Shown here: positions 27,264 to 38,283 of the stretch, piece after piece
Numbering within the stretch: position 1 is the stretch's first letter
Layout: each line of letters starts with the position of its first letter
Assembly (NCBI GenBank): GCA_964477025.1
Contig: CAYZDH010000001.1
Location: 1-44,975, forward strand
Length of the DNA stretch: 44,975 nucleotides
From: an uncultured Rhodospirillaceae bacterium
GTDB lineage: Bacteria > Pseudomonadota > Alphaproteobacteria > MPNO01 > UBA2964
Reading direction: 5' to 3'
The notes under the pieces: generated by a model
Told to the model about the DNA's origin: nothing
Seen by the model: the letters and a program-made list of their open reading frames with translations, nothing else
The model's database searches: none
Translations under genes and position numbers: made by a program

Positions 27264-28433
27264 ATGAATATCCACGAATATCAGGCAAAAGACGTTTTGC
27301 GCGGATTTGGGGTAGCCGTCCCCGAGGGGGGTGTTGCTTATACTCCTGATGAGGCTGTCAAAGTTGCCGAGAAACTTGGTGGCCCAGTGTGGGTCGTTAA
27401 GGCACAAATTCATGCGGGCGGCCGTGGCAAGGGCGGCGGTGTTAAGCTTGCTAAATCAATTGATGAAGTAAGACAGCTTGCGAGTGATATGATTGGTATG
27501 AACCTGGTGACCCACCAGACGGGACCGGAAGGTAAGGAAGTCGGGCGTGTGTATGTCGAAGACGGTTGTGACATTGCTCGCGAGCTTTATCTTGGTCTCT
27601 TGATTGATCGTGCAACAAGCCGCGTAACGATTATGGCTTCGACAGAAGGTGGTATGGAGATTGAGGAGGTGGCTGTCCAGAGTCCTGAGAAAATTCTTAA
27701 AGTTTCCATTGATCCCGCGTGCGGAATTCATGCGTTTCATGCCCGTAAAATTGCCTTTGGACTTGGGCTTGACGGCGATCAGGTTAAGTCTGCGGTAAAA
27801 TTTTTGATGGTGCTTTATAACGCGTTTGAACAGCTCGACGCTTCAATTGTTGAGATTAACCCGTTGGTCGTGACCAGTGGGGGAGACGTTGTTGCGCTTG
27901 ACGCTAAGATGAATTTTGACGACAACGCACTATTCCGCCATAAAGAAATCGCAGCGCTACGGGACGAGAGCGAAGAAGACCCTACCGAACTAGAAGCTGC
28001 TAAGTTTGACCTCAATTACGTGAAGCTCGACGGGAATATTGGTTGTATGGTCAACGGCGCTGGGTTGGCTATGGCTACAATGGATATCATCAAACTTTAT
28101 GGCGGAGAGCCTGCAAACTTTCTTGATGTTGGCGGCGGTGCCTCACGCGAACGTGTGACAGCTGCCTTTAAACTAATTCTCTCTGATCCAAATGTTGAAG
28201 GGCTCTTAGTGAATATCTTTGGCGGAATTATGCGTTGCGATGTTATAGCGGAGGGCGTAGTGGCTGCGGCCCGGGAGGTCAGCCTAACGGTCCCACTTGT
28301 CGTGCGTCTAGCTGGCACCAACGTGGAGCTTGGCAAAAATATTTTAGAACAATCCGGCTTGCCCATAATTGCGGCAGATGATCTTGGAGATGCGGCCGAA
28401 AAAGCTGTGACAGCGGTGAAGGAGGTTGCGTGA
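27264..28433 (+). CDS. sucC: Succinyl-CoA synthetase beta subunit
   Basis: [13 protein letters not shown], and [10 protein letters not shown] in the ATP-grasp domain. Confidence 0.97.
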   Translation: MNIHEYQAKDVLRGFGVAVPEGGVAYTPDEAVKVAEKLGGPVWVVKAQIHAGGRGKGGGVKLAKSIDEVRQLASDMIGMNLVTHQTGPEGKEVGRVYVEDGCDIARELYLGLLIDRATSRVTIMASTEGGMEIEEVAVQSPEKILKVSIDPACGIHAFHARKIAFGLGLDGDQVKSAVKFLMVLYNAFEQLDASIVEINPLVVTSGGDVVALDAKMNFDDNALFRHKEIAALRDESEEDPTELEAAKFDLNYVKLDGNIGCMVNGAGLAMATMDIIKLYGGEPANFLDVGGGASRERVTAAFKLILSDPNVEGLLVNIFGGIMRCDVIAEGVVAAAREVSLTVPLVVRLAGTNVELGKNILEQSGLPIIAADDLGDAAEKAVTAVKEVA

Positions 28434-29308
28434 TGGCTGTTCTCGTTGATAGTAATACAAAGGTAATCTGTCAGGGTTTTACAGGAGCACAAGGCACTTT
28501 CCATTCCGAGCAGGCGATTGCGTACGGTACACAGATGGTTGGTGGTGTGACGCCCGGAAAGGGAGGTGAACAACATCTCGACCTACCGGTTTTCGATACT
28601 GTTTGTGATGCTATGGAAAAGACCGGGGCTAATGCTAGCGTCATTTATGTGCCGCCACCTTTTGCAGCTGATGCAATCTTGGAAGCTATTGAAGCAGAGA
28701 TAACATTGGCGATTTGTATCACTGAAGGCATTCCGGTTATTGATATGGTGCGGGTAAAACGTGCTCTGTCTGGCTCTAAGACTCGGCTAATTGGCCCGAA
28801 CTGCCCAGGTGTGATTACGCCGGATGAATGTAAGATTGGTATTATGCCGGGTCATATTCATCAGCGCGGCAGGATCGGCATAGTTTCGCGCTCCGGTACG
28901 CTGACCTACGAAGCAGTTGCGCAGACCACCGCAGTAGGACTTGGGCAGACGACATGTATCGGTATTGGTGGTGACCCCGTCAATGGTACAAACTTTATTG
29001 ATTGCTTAGAATTGTTCCTGTCCGATGATGAGACGCAGGGTATTATCATGATTGGTGAGATCGGGGGTAGCGCCGAAGAAGATGCTGCCGAGTTACTGAA
29101 GCAATCCAAAGTTAATAAGCCTGTTGTCGGATTTATCGCCGGAATTACCGCTCCCCCGGGACGGCGTATGGGGCATGCCGGTGCTATTATTTCAGGCGGT
29201 AAGGGCGGCGCAGAAGATAAAATGGAAGCGATGAAAAGTGCAGGGATAACGGTCGCTGAATCCCCGGCAGCTCTTGGTGCAACAATGCTAAAGATTATGA
29301 AGAGCTAG
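28433..29308 (+). CDS. sucD: Succinyl-CoA synthetase alpha subunit
   Basis: [19 protein letters not shown] and GHAGAI (phosphohistidine) motifs. The ATG overlaps the sucC TGA by 1 nt; the alternative start is the GTG at 28430. Confidence 0.97.
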   Translation: MAVLVDSNTKVICQGFTGAQGTFHSEQAIAYGTQMVGGVTPGKGGEQHLDLPVFDTVCDAMEKTGANASVIYVPPPFAADAILEAIEAEITLAICITEGIPVIDMVRVKRALSGSKTRLIGPNCPGVITPDECKIGIMPGHIHQRGRIGIVSRSGTLTYEAVAQTTAVGLGQTTCIGIGGDPVNGTNFIDCLELFLSDDETQGIIMIGEIGGSAEEDAAELLKQSKVNKPVVGFIAGITAPPGRRMGHAGAIISGGKGGAEDKMEAMKSAGITVAESPAALGATMLKIMKS

Positions 29309-29406
29309 CCAGATTAAAATTTTTATCACACCAATTGCATCCGCTAGCCACAGGCTTTTTCGAGCAGAACGAATAATCCAGAAATTTACAAGTTTTTAAT
29401 AAACAA

Positions 29407-30261
29407 CTATGCGGCCATTACTGCAGCTTCGTCGCTGATTGTTACCCGTCGCAGCAAACGCCGCTGATCGCGCGGAAAATCGGTTCGAGCATGAAGCAAA
29501 CAGCGATTGTCCCACATCACAAAGTCGCCCACTTCCCATTTATGAGAATATACGAATTGAGGTTGACGCTGCAGCGCATAAATCTCATCGAGTATTTCTC
29601 TGCTTTCAGCTTCATCCATTTCAATAATTTCTTCAGTCATTAGCGGGCATACATAGACTGCGGTTCGGCCTGTTTCCGGATGCTTACGAAATATCGGGTG
29701 AGGATGATGTGGCACGGCATCACGATCATATTTTTCAAAGGTTTTGACCGTCGTGCCAAATTCATAGCAATTCATCGCTTGCCTACCTGCGAGCTTGTCC
29801 TTCATCTCTTCCGGTAGTGCTTCGTAAACCATATATTGGTTGGAGAACTGCGTATTACCCCCGATTTTAGGAATTTCAACGCCATATAGTGTCGTCGCTT
29901 TGTGGGGATTGCGTAGATAGGGCGTATCGGTATGCCACATCATTTCACCATCAGGATGGGCACCGATAACGCGTCCGTCTTCTCTCACATTAGAGACTAA
30001 CATTATTTCGTCACTAGCGTGTTTCGGATGTTGACGTTCCTTGGGACGATTATATTCGCCGATTTTACCAAAATTACCACAAAACCTTTTTTGATCAGCC
30101 GGAGTCAGGTCTTGTTGATCACGAATGACGAGAACTAAATAATCGAGCCAGGCCTGATAAATTTTTGATGTATCCGCTTTTGACAGATCTGCTTTCATAT
30201 CAACGCCTAGAATTTCTACTCCACAGGCATTTGACAAAGGATTTATTGTCACGGCCATCAA
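29407..30261 (-). CDS. TauD/TfdA-family Fe(II)/2-oxoglutarate-dependent dioxygenase, copy 1
   Basis: 284 aa with an HTD iron-binding dyad (MWHTDTPY), a distal His in WDNRCLLHAR, and a C-terminal RRLLRRVTI. Confidence 0.85.
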   Translation of the reverse strand: MMAVTINPLSNACGVEILGVDMKADLSKADTSKIYQAWLDYLVLVIRDQQDLTPADQKRFCGNFGKIGEYNRPKERQHPKHASDEIMLVSNVREDGRVIGAHPDGEMMWHTDTPYLRNPHKATTLYGVEIPKIGGNTQFSNQYMVYEALPEEMKDKLAGRQAMNCYEFGTTVKTFEKYDRDAVPHHPHPIFRKHPETGRTAVYVCPLMTEEIIEMDEAESREILDEIYALQRQPQFVYSHKWEVGDFVMWDNRCLLHARTDFPRDQRRLLRRVTISDEAAVMAA

Positions 30262-30361
30262 TCAGTCTCCTATGGTGTTTGAATTTGGTTGCAGCACTTT
30301 TACATTTTTATAAAACCAGAAACTCTGGCTTAGGACAAGAATTTGATCTTTTTAGAAGATA

Positions 30362-31219
30362 TTAATTTACCGTCCCGGGTGGGGAGTCCTCGATAGTAAC
30401 CCGTCGAAGAAGGCGCCGCTCTTTTCGTGAAAAATCCGTTCGGGCGTGTAAAGTGCATCGATTGTCCCACATAACGAGATCGCCTTTCGCCCAAACGTGT
30501 TCGTAACAGAACCGCTTTTCTCTCTGAAGAGCGAATATTTTATTCAACGTTTCCCGGCTTTCCGACTCTGTGAGCCCGTCAATGGATTCTGTCATTAGTT
30601 CGTTGACATAGACGGTTGGTCGACCAGTTTCAGAATGTGGGCGGAAGATAGGGTGCGCTGCCTTGCGAAGTTCAGGCCCATCATATTTTTCCTTATCCTT
30701 AATCATCACTCCGAATTCGTATGCGTGCTGTGCATCGCGGCCCCTTAGACGGTTCTTAAGTTTCTCCGGAAGCGCTTCATAAACACTATATTGGTTAGAA
30801 AATATTGTGTTTCCGCCCTTGCTGGGAATTTCGATAGCATAGAGAGTTGTTGCCTTGTGCGGGTTTTGATCATAACCAGTATCGGTGTGAAACATCATTT
30901 CCCCATCGGGCAAAGTACCAATTGGTTCACCATTTTCAATGATATTACTGACAAACATAACTGCTTTATGACGTTCTTTCATCGCGTCGTTTTTCAGCGT
31001 ATCAGGGCGTAAATAATTACCAACTGGGCCAAATGCTTCAGCAAATTTAACTTGATCAATATCCGAGAGATCCTGCCCGCGGATGACAATAACGCAATAT
31101 TCTAGCCAAGAGCTATTAACAATACTCGCGACTTCTGGACTAATTGGTTTTGTGAGATCGATGCCACTAATTTCCGCGCCACAGGCATTCGATAAGGGTT
31201 TTACAACAATATCATTCAT
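30362..31219 (-). CDS. TauD/TfdA-family Fe(II)/2-oxoglutarate-dependent dioxygenase, copy 2 (paralogue of copy 1)
   Basis: 285 aa with the same motifs (MFHTDTGY, WDNRCTLHAR, RRLLRRVTI). It is colinear with copy 1. Confidence 0.85.
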   Translation of the reverse strand: MNDIVVKPLSNACGAEISGIDLTKPISPEVASIVNSSWLEYCVIVIRGQDLSDIDQVKFAEAFGPVGNYLRPDTLKNDAMKERHKAVMFVSNIIENGEPIGTLPDGEMMFHTDTGYDQNPHKATTLYAIEIPSKGGNTIFSNQYSVYEALPEKLKNRLRGRDAQHAYEFGVMIKDKEKYDGPELRKAAHPIFRPHSETGRPTVYVNELMTESIDGLTESESRETLNKIFALQREKRFCYEHVWAKGDLVMWDNRCTLHARTDFSRKERRLLRRVTIEDSPPGTVN

Positions 31220-31280
31220 GATCTGATTTTAGCGTTTTTTATACCTAAGTTCCATAATACTTATTTTTAAATATTATGGG

Positions 31281-32231
31281 TCAATTTTTGGCGCGCGGGT
31301 GAGCCTTTTTATATACTTCAAGCAGCCTTTTAGTGTCGACGCTAGTATAACGTTGGGTGGTCGATAGGGAAGAATGACCTAAAAGTTCCTGAATGGTGCG
31401 CAGATCGCCGCCGGCGCTTAGTAGATGGGTTGCAAAACTATGACGAAGTGCATGCGGTGTTGCGGTACTAGGAAGACCAAGTCGGTGTCGCACCTTACGC
31501 ATCTGGCGTTGCACGACGCCGGCATTCAAACGTCCGCCGCGGGCGCCCACAAATAAGGGTTTATCTGGTTGCTCTGCGAAGGGGCAGGCTTCGATGTAAA
31601 CTTTAATAGCATCACAAACGATCGGTAAAATAGGGACAATACGCTGTTTGTTGCCCTTACCTGTTACGGTCATGACATCACCATCAGGTTTATCAACGTT
31701 GTTGAGGCTTAAGGCTTCATCAATGCGAAGACCACAACCATAGAGCAGGGTAAAGACTGCAACATCACGCTTTGATATCCATGGTGTATCTGACAGTTGC
31801 GATACGGCCTTGATAACGTCTAAAGAGTCTTCAATCGAGATTGGCTTTGGGATTGGCGGTTTTGGTTTCGGCGACCTAACCGCTTTGATTGTTGCGTTAC
31901 TTACTCGGCCTGTTCTGTCCAGGAAACGGAAAAAGTTTCGTATTGTGGACATACTACGAGCAATCGAGCTGTGGCTGATACCATGATTAATTCGGTTTTC
32001 GAGGAACTTCCTGAAATCCTCCACAACGAGTTTGTTTAGGTCATTAAGTTCGGCAGGTCTTCTCAGTTGTTCATATAAAAAATCTAGGAAGACGGCGAGG
32101 TCACGAGAATAAGCGGCGAGAGTATGGATCGATGATTTCCGTTCATCAAGTATCCAACGCTGCCAGTCTTCGATAGCGTCTTTTGTGTCGCGTTTAGCGA
32201 GAAAATTAGTCACATACTTTGGGTCAACCAT
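31281..32231 (-). CDS. xerC: Tyrosine recombinase XerC (chromosome dimer resolution)
   Basis: 316 aa with GLRIDE, HALRHSFATHLL and LGHSSLSTTQRYT (catalytic Tyr). It is preceded by a DUF484 gene, as in the yigA-xerC arrangement. Confidence 0.85.
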   Translation of the reverse strand: MVDPKYVTNFLAKRDTKDAIEDWQRWILDERKSSIHTLAAYSRDLAVFLDFLYEQLRRPAELNDLNKLVVEDFRKFLENRINHGISHSSIARSMSTIRNFFRFLDRTGRVSNATIKAVRSPKPKPPIPKPISIEDSLDVIKAVSQLSDTPWISKRDVAVFTLLYGCGLRIDEALSLNNVDKPDGDVMTVTGKGNKQRIVPILPIVCDAIKVYIEACPFAEQPDKPLFVGARGGRLNAGVVQRQMRKVRHRLGLPSTATPHALRHSFATHLLSAGGDLRTIQELLGHSSLSTTQRYTSVDTKRLLEVYKKAHPRAKN

Positions 32232-32956
32232 CGCTTGACAGTCCTTTGCAGGACATAGGAGAAGAAAGAGAGGAGCTCGGTCCCTTGCTGAGGACCAAAC
32301 CCGTCTGGTGACTTGTCTCCAAGTGCTAGCAAACCATTGGGCAATTTAGGCCCAAAATTCAGCCGCAATAGCGCGGTCGATTTTACTTTTGACGCCTGGC
32401 CCCCAAAAATGGCTTTGTCGCCTTTTATATTCGAGCGCAGAGTAACGCTGCGGCCGGCATCCATAAGTGTCTCAAGCGTTTCGGACTTTATAAAGTTTAT
32501 CCCTATATCTCTTGCGGCTGCCGGAGTATTTCTGCCGGCCTCAAAACATAGGGCCACTGCTGAAATGTTAAATAATTTAGGTACTTTATGAAGAATAGTT
32601 TTAATCAACTCCTCAAATGACTTTGCATCAAGGAGTGCCTTGGTAGCCTTATGAGTAAGAGTTTGAACGTCGGAATTTTCTTGAATTAATTTTAATAGAT
32701 TTTCTTCTCTTTTTTTATACTCTGCCAACTCGTTTTGTAGCCGTTTAAGCATAAACTTTTGCATATCGACGATGCCGTCACCGTATTTATGTTCGGGCGG
32801 CGTAATGATAGAGAGTAAGTCCGTCCTTTCTTTTAGAAAGGACGGGTTTTGTTTTAAAAAAGCTTCTACTTTTTCGGGTAAAACATCTGCCCTCTGGAGC
32901 TCCTTTGATCCAGGACTTTTTCCCGATTTATCTGCTGGGGGTGTTGAAGTAGTCAT
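32210..32956 (-). CDS. DUF484 (YigA-like) protein
   Basis: 248 aa. The N-terminal VEAFLKQNPSFLKERTDLL...VDMQKFMLKRLQ pattern matches DUF484. It overlaps the xerC start by 22 nt. Confidence 0.7.
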   Translation of the reverse strand: MTTSTPPADKSGKSPGSKELQRADVLPEKVEAFLKQNPSFLKERTDLLSIITPPEHKYGDGIVDMQKFMLKRLQNELAEYKKREENLLKLIQENSDVQTLTHKATKALLDAKSFEELIKTILHKVPKLFNISAVALCFEAGRNTPAAARDIGINFIKSETLETLMDAGRSVTLRSNIKGDKAIFGGQASKVKSTALLRLNFGPKLPNGLLALGDKSPDGFGPQQGTELLSFFSYVLQRTVKRWLTQSM

Positions 32957-32958
32957 TT

Positions 32959-33621
32959 TTAGTCATCCAGAATCGATTGCCCGGTTTTTTCCCAATCCAA
33001 AAGAAAGGCTCGCAGCCCAGCCTCGGTAAGTGGGTGTTTATAAAGCTGCCTAAGGACACTGGGCGGCAGTGTTGCAACACTTGCGCCCATTCTTGCAGCC
33101 TCTATCAGATGGATTGGATGTCTGATAGAGGCAACGAGAACTTCCGTTTCAAAACTCTCATAATTGGTATAAATTTGGCAGATGTCTGCTATTAGCTGCA
33201 TGCCATCAGTACTAATGTCATCTAATCGACCCACAAAAGGTGAAATAAAGGCGGCCCCCGCTTTGGCAGCAAGGATTGCTTGGCCTGGTGAGAAGCATAA
33301 CGTCACATTTACCATTGTCCCCGCGTCTGAGAGGGTTTTGCAGGTTTTTAATCCATTGGGGGTCAGTGGAACCTTCACGGCAATATTAGGTGCGAGAGCT
33401 GCAAGTTTCTGGCCTTCCTTGAGCATAGTCTCGTAGTCGATTGCCGTTACCTCAGCGCTAACGGGGCCTTCGACAATGGTACAGATCTCCTCAACGACAT
33501 CGAGGAATTTACGACCGGATTTTGCGACTAACGAAGGATTAGTCGTTACGCCATCCACTAGGCCAGTGCTGGCTAAATCACGAATTTCATCAGTATCAGC
33601 TGTGTCGACGAAAAATTTCAT
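32959..33621 (-). CDS. tal: Transaldolase / fructose-6-phosphate aldolase (short, type 3B)
   Basis: 220 aa starting [28 protein letters not shown], with the Schiff-base Lys region AVKVP. Confidence 0.9.
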   Translation of the reverse strand: MKFFVDTADTDEIRDLASTGLVDGVTTNPSLVAKSGRKFLDVVEEICTIVEGPVSAEVTAIDYETMLKEGQKLAALAPNIAVKVPLTPNGLKTCKTLSDAGTMVNVTLCFSPGQAILAAKAGAAFISPFVGRLDDISTDGMQLIADICQIYTNYESFETEVLVASIRHPIHLIEAARMGASVATLPPSVLRQLYKHPLTEAGLRAFLLDWEKTGQSILDD

Positions 33622-33718
33622 TGTGGGGCCTCATCTTTCTTCAGCCTTTGGTCACCCACCCATTTTTATGGGTTCGTTTGTGTTGGCCCGCTCATCGAGC
33701 CGCGTTAAAGTCTAATCC

Positions 33719-35959
33719 ATGCTCCAAAATCACGCTACACCGGGCCGAATTTACCAAAACGAAAGAGTTAGTGTGCTTTTGCCGTTACCTTTAGCGGGCC
33801 CGTATGACTATCTTGTACCAGCCGATATGTCAGTTTCGGTAGGTGATTTTGTATCGGTGCCGTTGGGGAAACGAGAGGTGAAAGGGGTGGTCTGGGGTAA
33901 TAGTAGCTACAAAGTTTTAGACAAAAAAATAAAGAAAATCAATGCCTTATTGGATATACCGCCAATGGCTGAAGATCTTCGGAAGTTAGTCGATTGGGCC
34001 GCTTCCTATACCTTGAGTCAGCCGGGGGCTGTACTTAGGATGAGTATGAGTGTTCCGTCCGCCCTGGAGCCCCTAAAGAATCGAACGGGATATTTGCCCG
34101 CTTTAGATAGCTCCAAAAAAAAGGGTGATTCGCGAATCAAGATGACTAAAGCGCGGCGGCGTGTACTAGATAGCCTCGCGAAAGACCAACCTATGGTAGC
34201 AGCAGAGTTGGCCAAGAGTGCGGGTGTTAGCACATCAGTGATTCGTAGTATGGCCAATGTAGGTTTACTCAAACCGGTAACAATAGAGCAAAAACTTAAA
34301 TTAGATATGCCGGATTGGGAGCAACAGAGACCGGTTCTCTCCCCCTCGCAGGCTGCAGCAGCCTCCACCCTCGTTAAGGAAGTTGGGAAGTTAGTTGATG
34401 AAGTAAGCGACACCGGATTCTCCGTTACGCTACTAGATGGTGTTACCGGGTCTGGGAAAACCGAAGTTTATTTTGAAGCGATGGCGTCTACTATAGCTGC
34501 TGGGCGCCAAGTGCTGGTTCTATTGCCTGAAATAGCGCTTACTACGCAATGGCTTGAACGGTTTGCTGCGCGGTTTGGTGTCTATCCGCTTAAATGGCAT
34601 TCGGGCTTAACGGTTGCTGAGCGCCGCCTAATCTGGCGTGCAACGCTTTCTGATAAAGCGAACGTATTGGTTGGAGCAAGGTCGGCATTGTTTCTACCAT
34701 TTTCTTCGCTTGGGTTAATTGTGGTTGACGAAGAACACGATGGGTCGTTTAAACAGGATGATGGGGTTTGCTATAACGCACGGGACATGGCAGTTGTCCG
34801 TGCCCGTCTTGGAGGCTTTCCAATAGTGCTGTCGACTGCAACACCATCCCTGGAAACCTTTGTAAATGTTCAGGCAGGTAGGTATCAAAGTCTCACGCTG
34901 CCAGAGCGGCATGGCTCTGCCTCACTGCCAGAAATTACTGCGATCGATATGCGAACAGAGCCAATGGTGCCTCAGAGTTGGATTGCCCCTACTTTGCAAG
35001 ACGCAATACTCGCATCCCTTAAGGCAAGCGAGCAAATTATGTTGTTTCTCAATCGTCGCGGGTATGCGCCGCTAACGTTGTGTCGTAAATGTGGCTATCG
35101 TCTTCAATGTCCGAACTGCACCGCATGGCTGGTAGAACATCGGCTCAAGCGTAATTTATCCTGTCACCATTGTGGGTATTCGATGGAGCCGCCTGAGGTG
35201 TGTCCTGAATGCGCTACGCCAGAAACGCTAGCGGCTTGTGGCCCTGGTGTGGAGAGACTCGCTGAGGAAGTTGCGGAAAGATTTCCGCAGGCCCGTTTCG
35301 AAATTATGGCGAGTGATACAATGCAAAACCCCAACGCCGCGTTGGCTCTGGTTAGGCGAATGCAGAATCGTGAGATCGATATTCTTATTGGAACCCAGGT
35401 TATGGCAAAGGGCCATCATTTTCCCTACCTCACTTTAGTCGGTGTAGTAGATGCAGATTTGGGGCTATCCGGAGGTGACCTTCGGGCGGCGGAAAGAACT
35501 TTTCAGCTTCTTCATCAAGTGGCCGGGCGGGCGGGTCGTGCCGAACGCCCAGGCCGTGTATTGTTGCAAAGCTATCGGCCACACGACCCAGTCATGAAAG
35601 CCCTAGTTTCCGGCACCCGGGACCAGTTTCTTTCTGCAGAGGCCGAAGAACGGGAGAGGCATGGGATGCCCCCGTTTGGCCGTTTAGCCGCTATTATTGT
35701 GTCTGGGAGTGATTATCAAGAGGTAGAAAAGGCCGCTCGGGCGTTAGGCCGCGCGGCACCCTCAGAAAATGGTGTATTTGTTCTCGGTCCGGCACCTGCA
35801 CCGCTCTCCATATTACGTGGTAGGCACCGCTATCGGCTTCTACTTAAGGCACATCGCAATATCAACGTTAGAACGAAGCTAAGACATTGGCTTTCCCAAG
35901 TCCGTGTTGATAGGGGTGTTCGTATACAGGTTGATGTAGATCCCTATAGTTTTCTTTGA
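33719..35959 (+). CDS. priA: Primosomal replication restart helicase PriA
   Basis: 746 aa with GVTGSGKTEVY (Walker A), a DEEHD box, and Cys-rich zinc motifs CRKCGY..CPNC...CHHCGY..CPEC. Confidence 0.93.
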   Translation: MLQNHATPGRIYQNERVSVLLPLPLAGPYDYLVPADMSVSVGDFVSVPLGKREVKGVVWGNSSYKVLDKKIKKINALLDIPPMAEDLRKLVDWAASYTLSQPGAVLRMSMSVPSALEPLKNRTGYLPALDSSKKKGDSRIKMTKARRRVLDSLAKDQPMVAAELAKSAGVSTSVIRSMANVGLLKPVTIEQKLKLDMPDWEQQRPVLSPSQAAAASTLVKEVGKLVDEVSDTGFSVTLLDGVTGSGKTEVYFEAMASTIAAGRQVLVLLPEIALTTQWLERFAARFGVYPLKWHSGLTVAERRLIWRATLSDKANVLVGARSALFLPFSSLGLIVVDEEHDGSFKQDDGVCYNARDMAVVRARLGGFPIVLSTATPSLETFVNVQAGRYQSLTLPERHGSASLPEITAIDMRTEPMVPQSWIAPTLQDAILASLKASEQIMLFLNRRGYAPLTLCRKCGYRLQCPNCTAWLVEHRLKRNLSCHHCGYSMEPPEVCPECATPETLAACGPGVERLAEEVAERFPQARFEIMASDTMQNPNAALALVRRMQNREIDILIGTQVMAKGHHFPYLTLVGVVDADLGLSGGDLRAAERTFQLLHQVAGRAGRAERPGRVLLQSYRPHDPVMKALVSGTRDQFLSAEAEERERHGMPPFGRLAAIIVSGSDYQEVEKAARALGRAAPSENGVFVLGPAPAPLSILRGRHRYRLLLKAHRNINVRTKLRHWLSQVRVDRGVRIQVDVDPYSFL

Positions 35960-36146
35960 AAATCAGTCCCTTTGAGCGATTTGACCCTTTCGATGGGTTG
36001 CATGGCTCAGTTGAGTGTGTTAGCAAACAGCGCCTTTCTTAGGCAAGTACGAATTGGGTGTTTCGGGGCTTAATTATAATCCAGTTTTAGTACTCAATTA
36101 CAATTACTTAGGTCCTACTCCCGTAGGGATATTGAAGGCAGTAATA

Positions 36147-36707
36147 GTGGCGTCGGGACAAATAGTTACTTCGGGCCTATCAGGTCGTTACGCGACGGCT
36201 CTTTTTGAGTTGGCGTTGGAGCGTAATGCTATTGATTTAATTGCTGCTGATCTCGGTCACCTAGAGGTGATGATCGATGAATCTGAAGAATTGCGTTACC
36301 TGATTCAAAGCCCCTTATTTTCAAGGGATGCTCAAAAAAAAGCGTTGTCTGCCCTATCCGAAAAGGCAGGGCTATCAGAGATTGTTCGCAATACGCTGGG
36401 TGTCATTGCCGAAAATCGCCGTTTGTTTGCACTTGAGGACGTTATAAAGGCTTATCGGACATTAGTTTCGGACCACAGAGGTGAAATTGAGGCTATAGTG
36501 ACTTCAGCGGCGACGCTTACTGCTGGACAGCGCGACGCGCTTGAAGCTGCGCTCAGAAAGACAATAGGGTCCACAGTTGCTATTACGACAGAGGTTGATC
36601 CTGATTTATTGGGCGGTATGGTTGTTCGGGTTGGATCCCGGATGATCGATTCATCGCTAAATACTAAATTACAAAGATTACAACTTGCAATGAAAGGGAC
36701 AGCGTGA
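36147..36707 (+). CDS. atpH: F1 ATP synthase delta (OSCP) subunit
   Basis: The GTG at 36147 lies 8 nt after a GAAGG RBS. The product has ...[13 protein letters not shown]... and is about 186 aa. The ORF-track N-terminal extension is trimmed. Confidence 0.88.
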   Translation: MASGQIVTSGLSGRYATALFELALERNAIDLIAADLGHLEVMIDESEELRYLIQSPLFSRDAQKKALSALSEKAGLSEIVRNTLGVIAENRRLFALEDVIKAYRTLVSDHRGEIEAIVTSAATLTAGQRDALEAALRKTIGSTVAITTEVDPDLLGGMVVRVGSRMIDSSLNTKLQRLQLAMKGTA

Positions 36708-38242
36708 TGGATATCCACGCCGCCGAAATCTCATCAATTCTGAAAGAACAGATTACCAATTTTGGTAACGAGACTGAAGTCGCGGAAGTAGGCCGAGTTC
36801 TCTCCGTTGGTGACGGAATTGCACGAATTTATGGTTTGGACAATGTCCAAGCTGGTGAACTTGTCGAATTTACTGGTGGAATCGTCGGAATGGCACTCAA
36901 TCTTGAGACCGACAACGTCGGTGCTGTTATTTTCGGTGACGACCGGACTATTAAGGAAGGTGATACGGTAAAACGGACGGGGTCGATTGTTGATGTACCC
37001 GTTGGCCCCGCGCTCCTCGGGCGAGTGATTGATGGCCTTGGAAACCCTATCGATGGCAAAGGACCAATTGAAGGGGCTGACAGGGCTCGTGTTGATGTAA
37101 AAGCGCCTGGTATCATTCCGCGCAAATCTGTTACAGAGCCTATGCAGACCGGGCTTAAAGCAATAGACAGTTTGATCCCGATTGGGCGAGGTCAGCGGGA
37201 GCTAATAATTGGTGATCGCCAGACTGGGAAGACGGCTGTCGCTGTTGATGCCATACTGAATCAAAAGAAAGCGAATTCTGATAAAGACGAATCTAAGAAA
37301 TTGTACTGCGTCTACGTTGCTATTGGTCAGAAACGCTCTACCGTTGCACAAATTGTAAAGACACTCGAAGATAATGGGGCGATGCAGTATTCCATTGTCG
37401 TTGCCGCAACTGCCTCAGACCCCGCTCCAATGCAGTATCTTGCGCCTTATACAGGCTGTGCGATGGGGGAGTGGTTCCGGGACAATGGCAAACATTCCCT
37501 GATTGTTTATGATGATCTGTCTAAGCAAGCTGTGGCATATCGTCAAATGTCACTTTTGCTTAGGCGTCCACCAGGCCGCGAAGCGTATCCGGGTGACGTT
37601 TTTTACCTACATTCGCGTCTACTTGAGCGAGCTGCAAAAATGAATGACGATCTTGGCGGTGGATCCCTGACGGCACTGCCTATTATTGAGACACAGGCTG
37701 GTGATGTGTCGGCCTATATTCCCACCAACGTTATTTCGATCACGGACGGGCAAATTTTTCTTGAAACCGATTTGTTCTATTCCGGTATCCGTCCGGCGGT
37801 GAATGTTGGTCTTTCGGTTAGCCGGGTTGGTTCAGCAGCACAAATAAAGGCGATGAAACAAGTTGCAGGTTCGATTAAGCTTGAACTGGCACAATATCGG
37901 GAAATGGCTGCTTTCGCTCAGTTTGCCTCGGATCTTGATGCAGCGACACAAAGGTTACTGGCGCGGGGCGAAAGGCTGACAGAGCTGTTGAAACAGCCAC
38001 AATATCGTCCTCTGCCGGTTGAGGAGCAGGTTGTGGCGATTTATGCCGGGGTAAATGGATTTATTGATAAAGTTCCTGTCAGTGATGTAACCCGCTTTGA
38101 AGAAGGACTGATGTCTACGGTTCGGGCTAACCACCAAGATATTCTGGATGATATTCGTGCGAAGCAGGCAATTTCAGACGAGACCGATGCCAAGTTAAAA
38201 CTAGCTATTGAAACTTATGCAAATACCTTTGTCGCCGCTTAA
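36707..38242 (+). CDS. atpA: F1 ATP synthase alpha subunit
   Basis: GDRQTGKT Walker A. Start/stop overlap with atpH; the alternative start is the GTG at 36704. Confidence 0.98.
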   Translation: MDIHAAEISSILKEQITNFGNETEVAEVGRVLSVGDGIARIYGLDNVQAGELVEFTGGIVGMALNLETDNVGAVIFGDDRTIKEGDTVKRTGSIVDVPVGPALLGRVIDGLGNPIDGKGPIEGADRARVDVKAPGIIPRKSVTEPMQTGLKAIDSLIPIGRGQRELIIGDRQTGKTAVAVDAILNQKKANSDKDESKKLYCVYVAIGQKRSTVAQIVKTLEDNGAMQYSIVVAATASDPAPMQYLAPYTGCAMGEWFRDNGKHSLIVYDDLSKQAVAYRQMSLLLRRPPGREAYPGDVFYLHSRLLERAAKMNDDLGGGSLTALPIIETQAGDVSAYIPTNVISITDGQIFLETDLFYSGIRPAVNVGLSVSRVGSAAQIKAMKQVAGSIKLELAQYREMAAFAQFASDLDAATQRLLARGERLTELLKQPQYRPLPVEEQVVAIYAGVNGFIDKVPVSDVTRFEEGLMSTVRANHQDILDDIRAKQAISDETDAKLKLAIETYANTFVAA

Positions 38243-38283
38243 GCGCTGAGGTTAAAAATTTAGGAATAGGGGTTTTGTAGGCG

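Noticed and set aside
31281-32231. A tyrosine recombinase next to accessory-looking TauD genes, as a possible marker of an integrative element.
   Set aside because: It has the XerC catalytic motifs and is preceded by an overlapping DUF484 (yigA-like) gene, which is the housekeeping dimer-resolution arrangement. There is no flanking tRNA, direct repeats, excisionase or obvious compositional shift.
36054-36146. N-terminal extensions in the ORF track for atpH, and similarly for sdhC, sdhD, trmD, amtB, ftsY, leuC and the Mo subunit.
   Set aside because: Internal starts with good RBS spacing, or with ATGA/TGATG coupling to the upstream gene, give proteins that begin at the conserved N-termini. 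The extensions overlap upstream genes or have non-protein-like composition.
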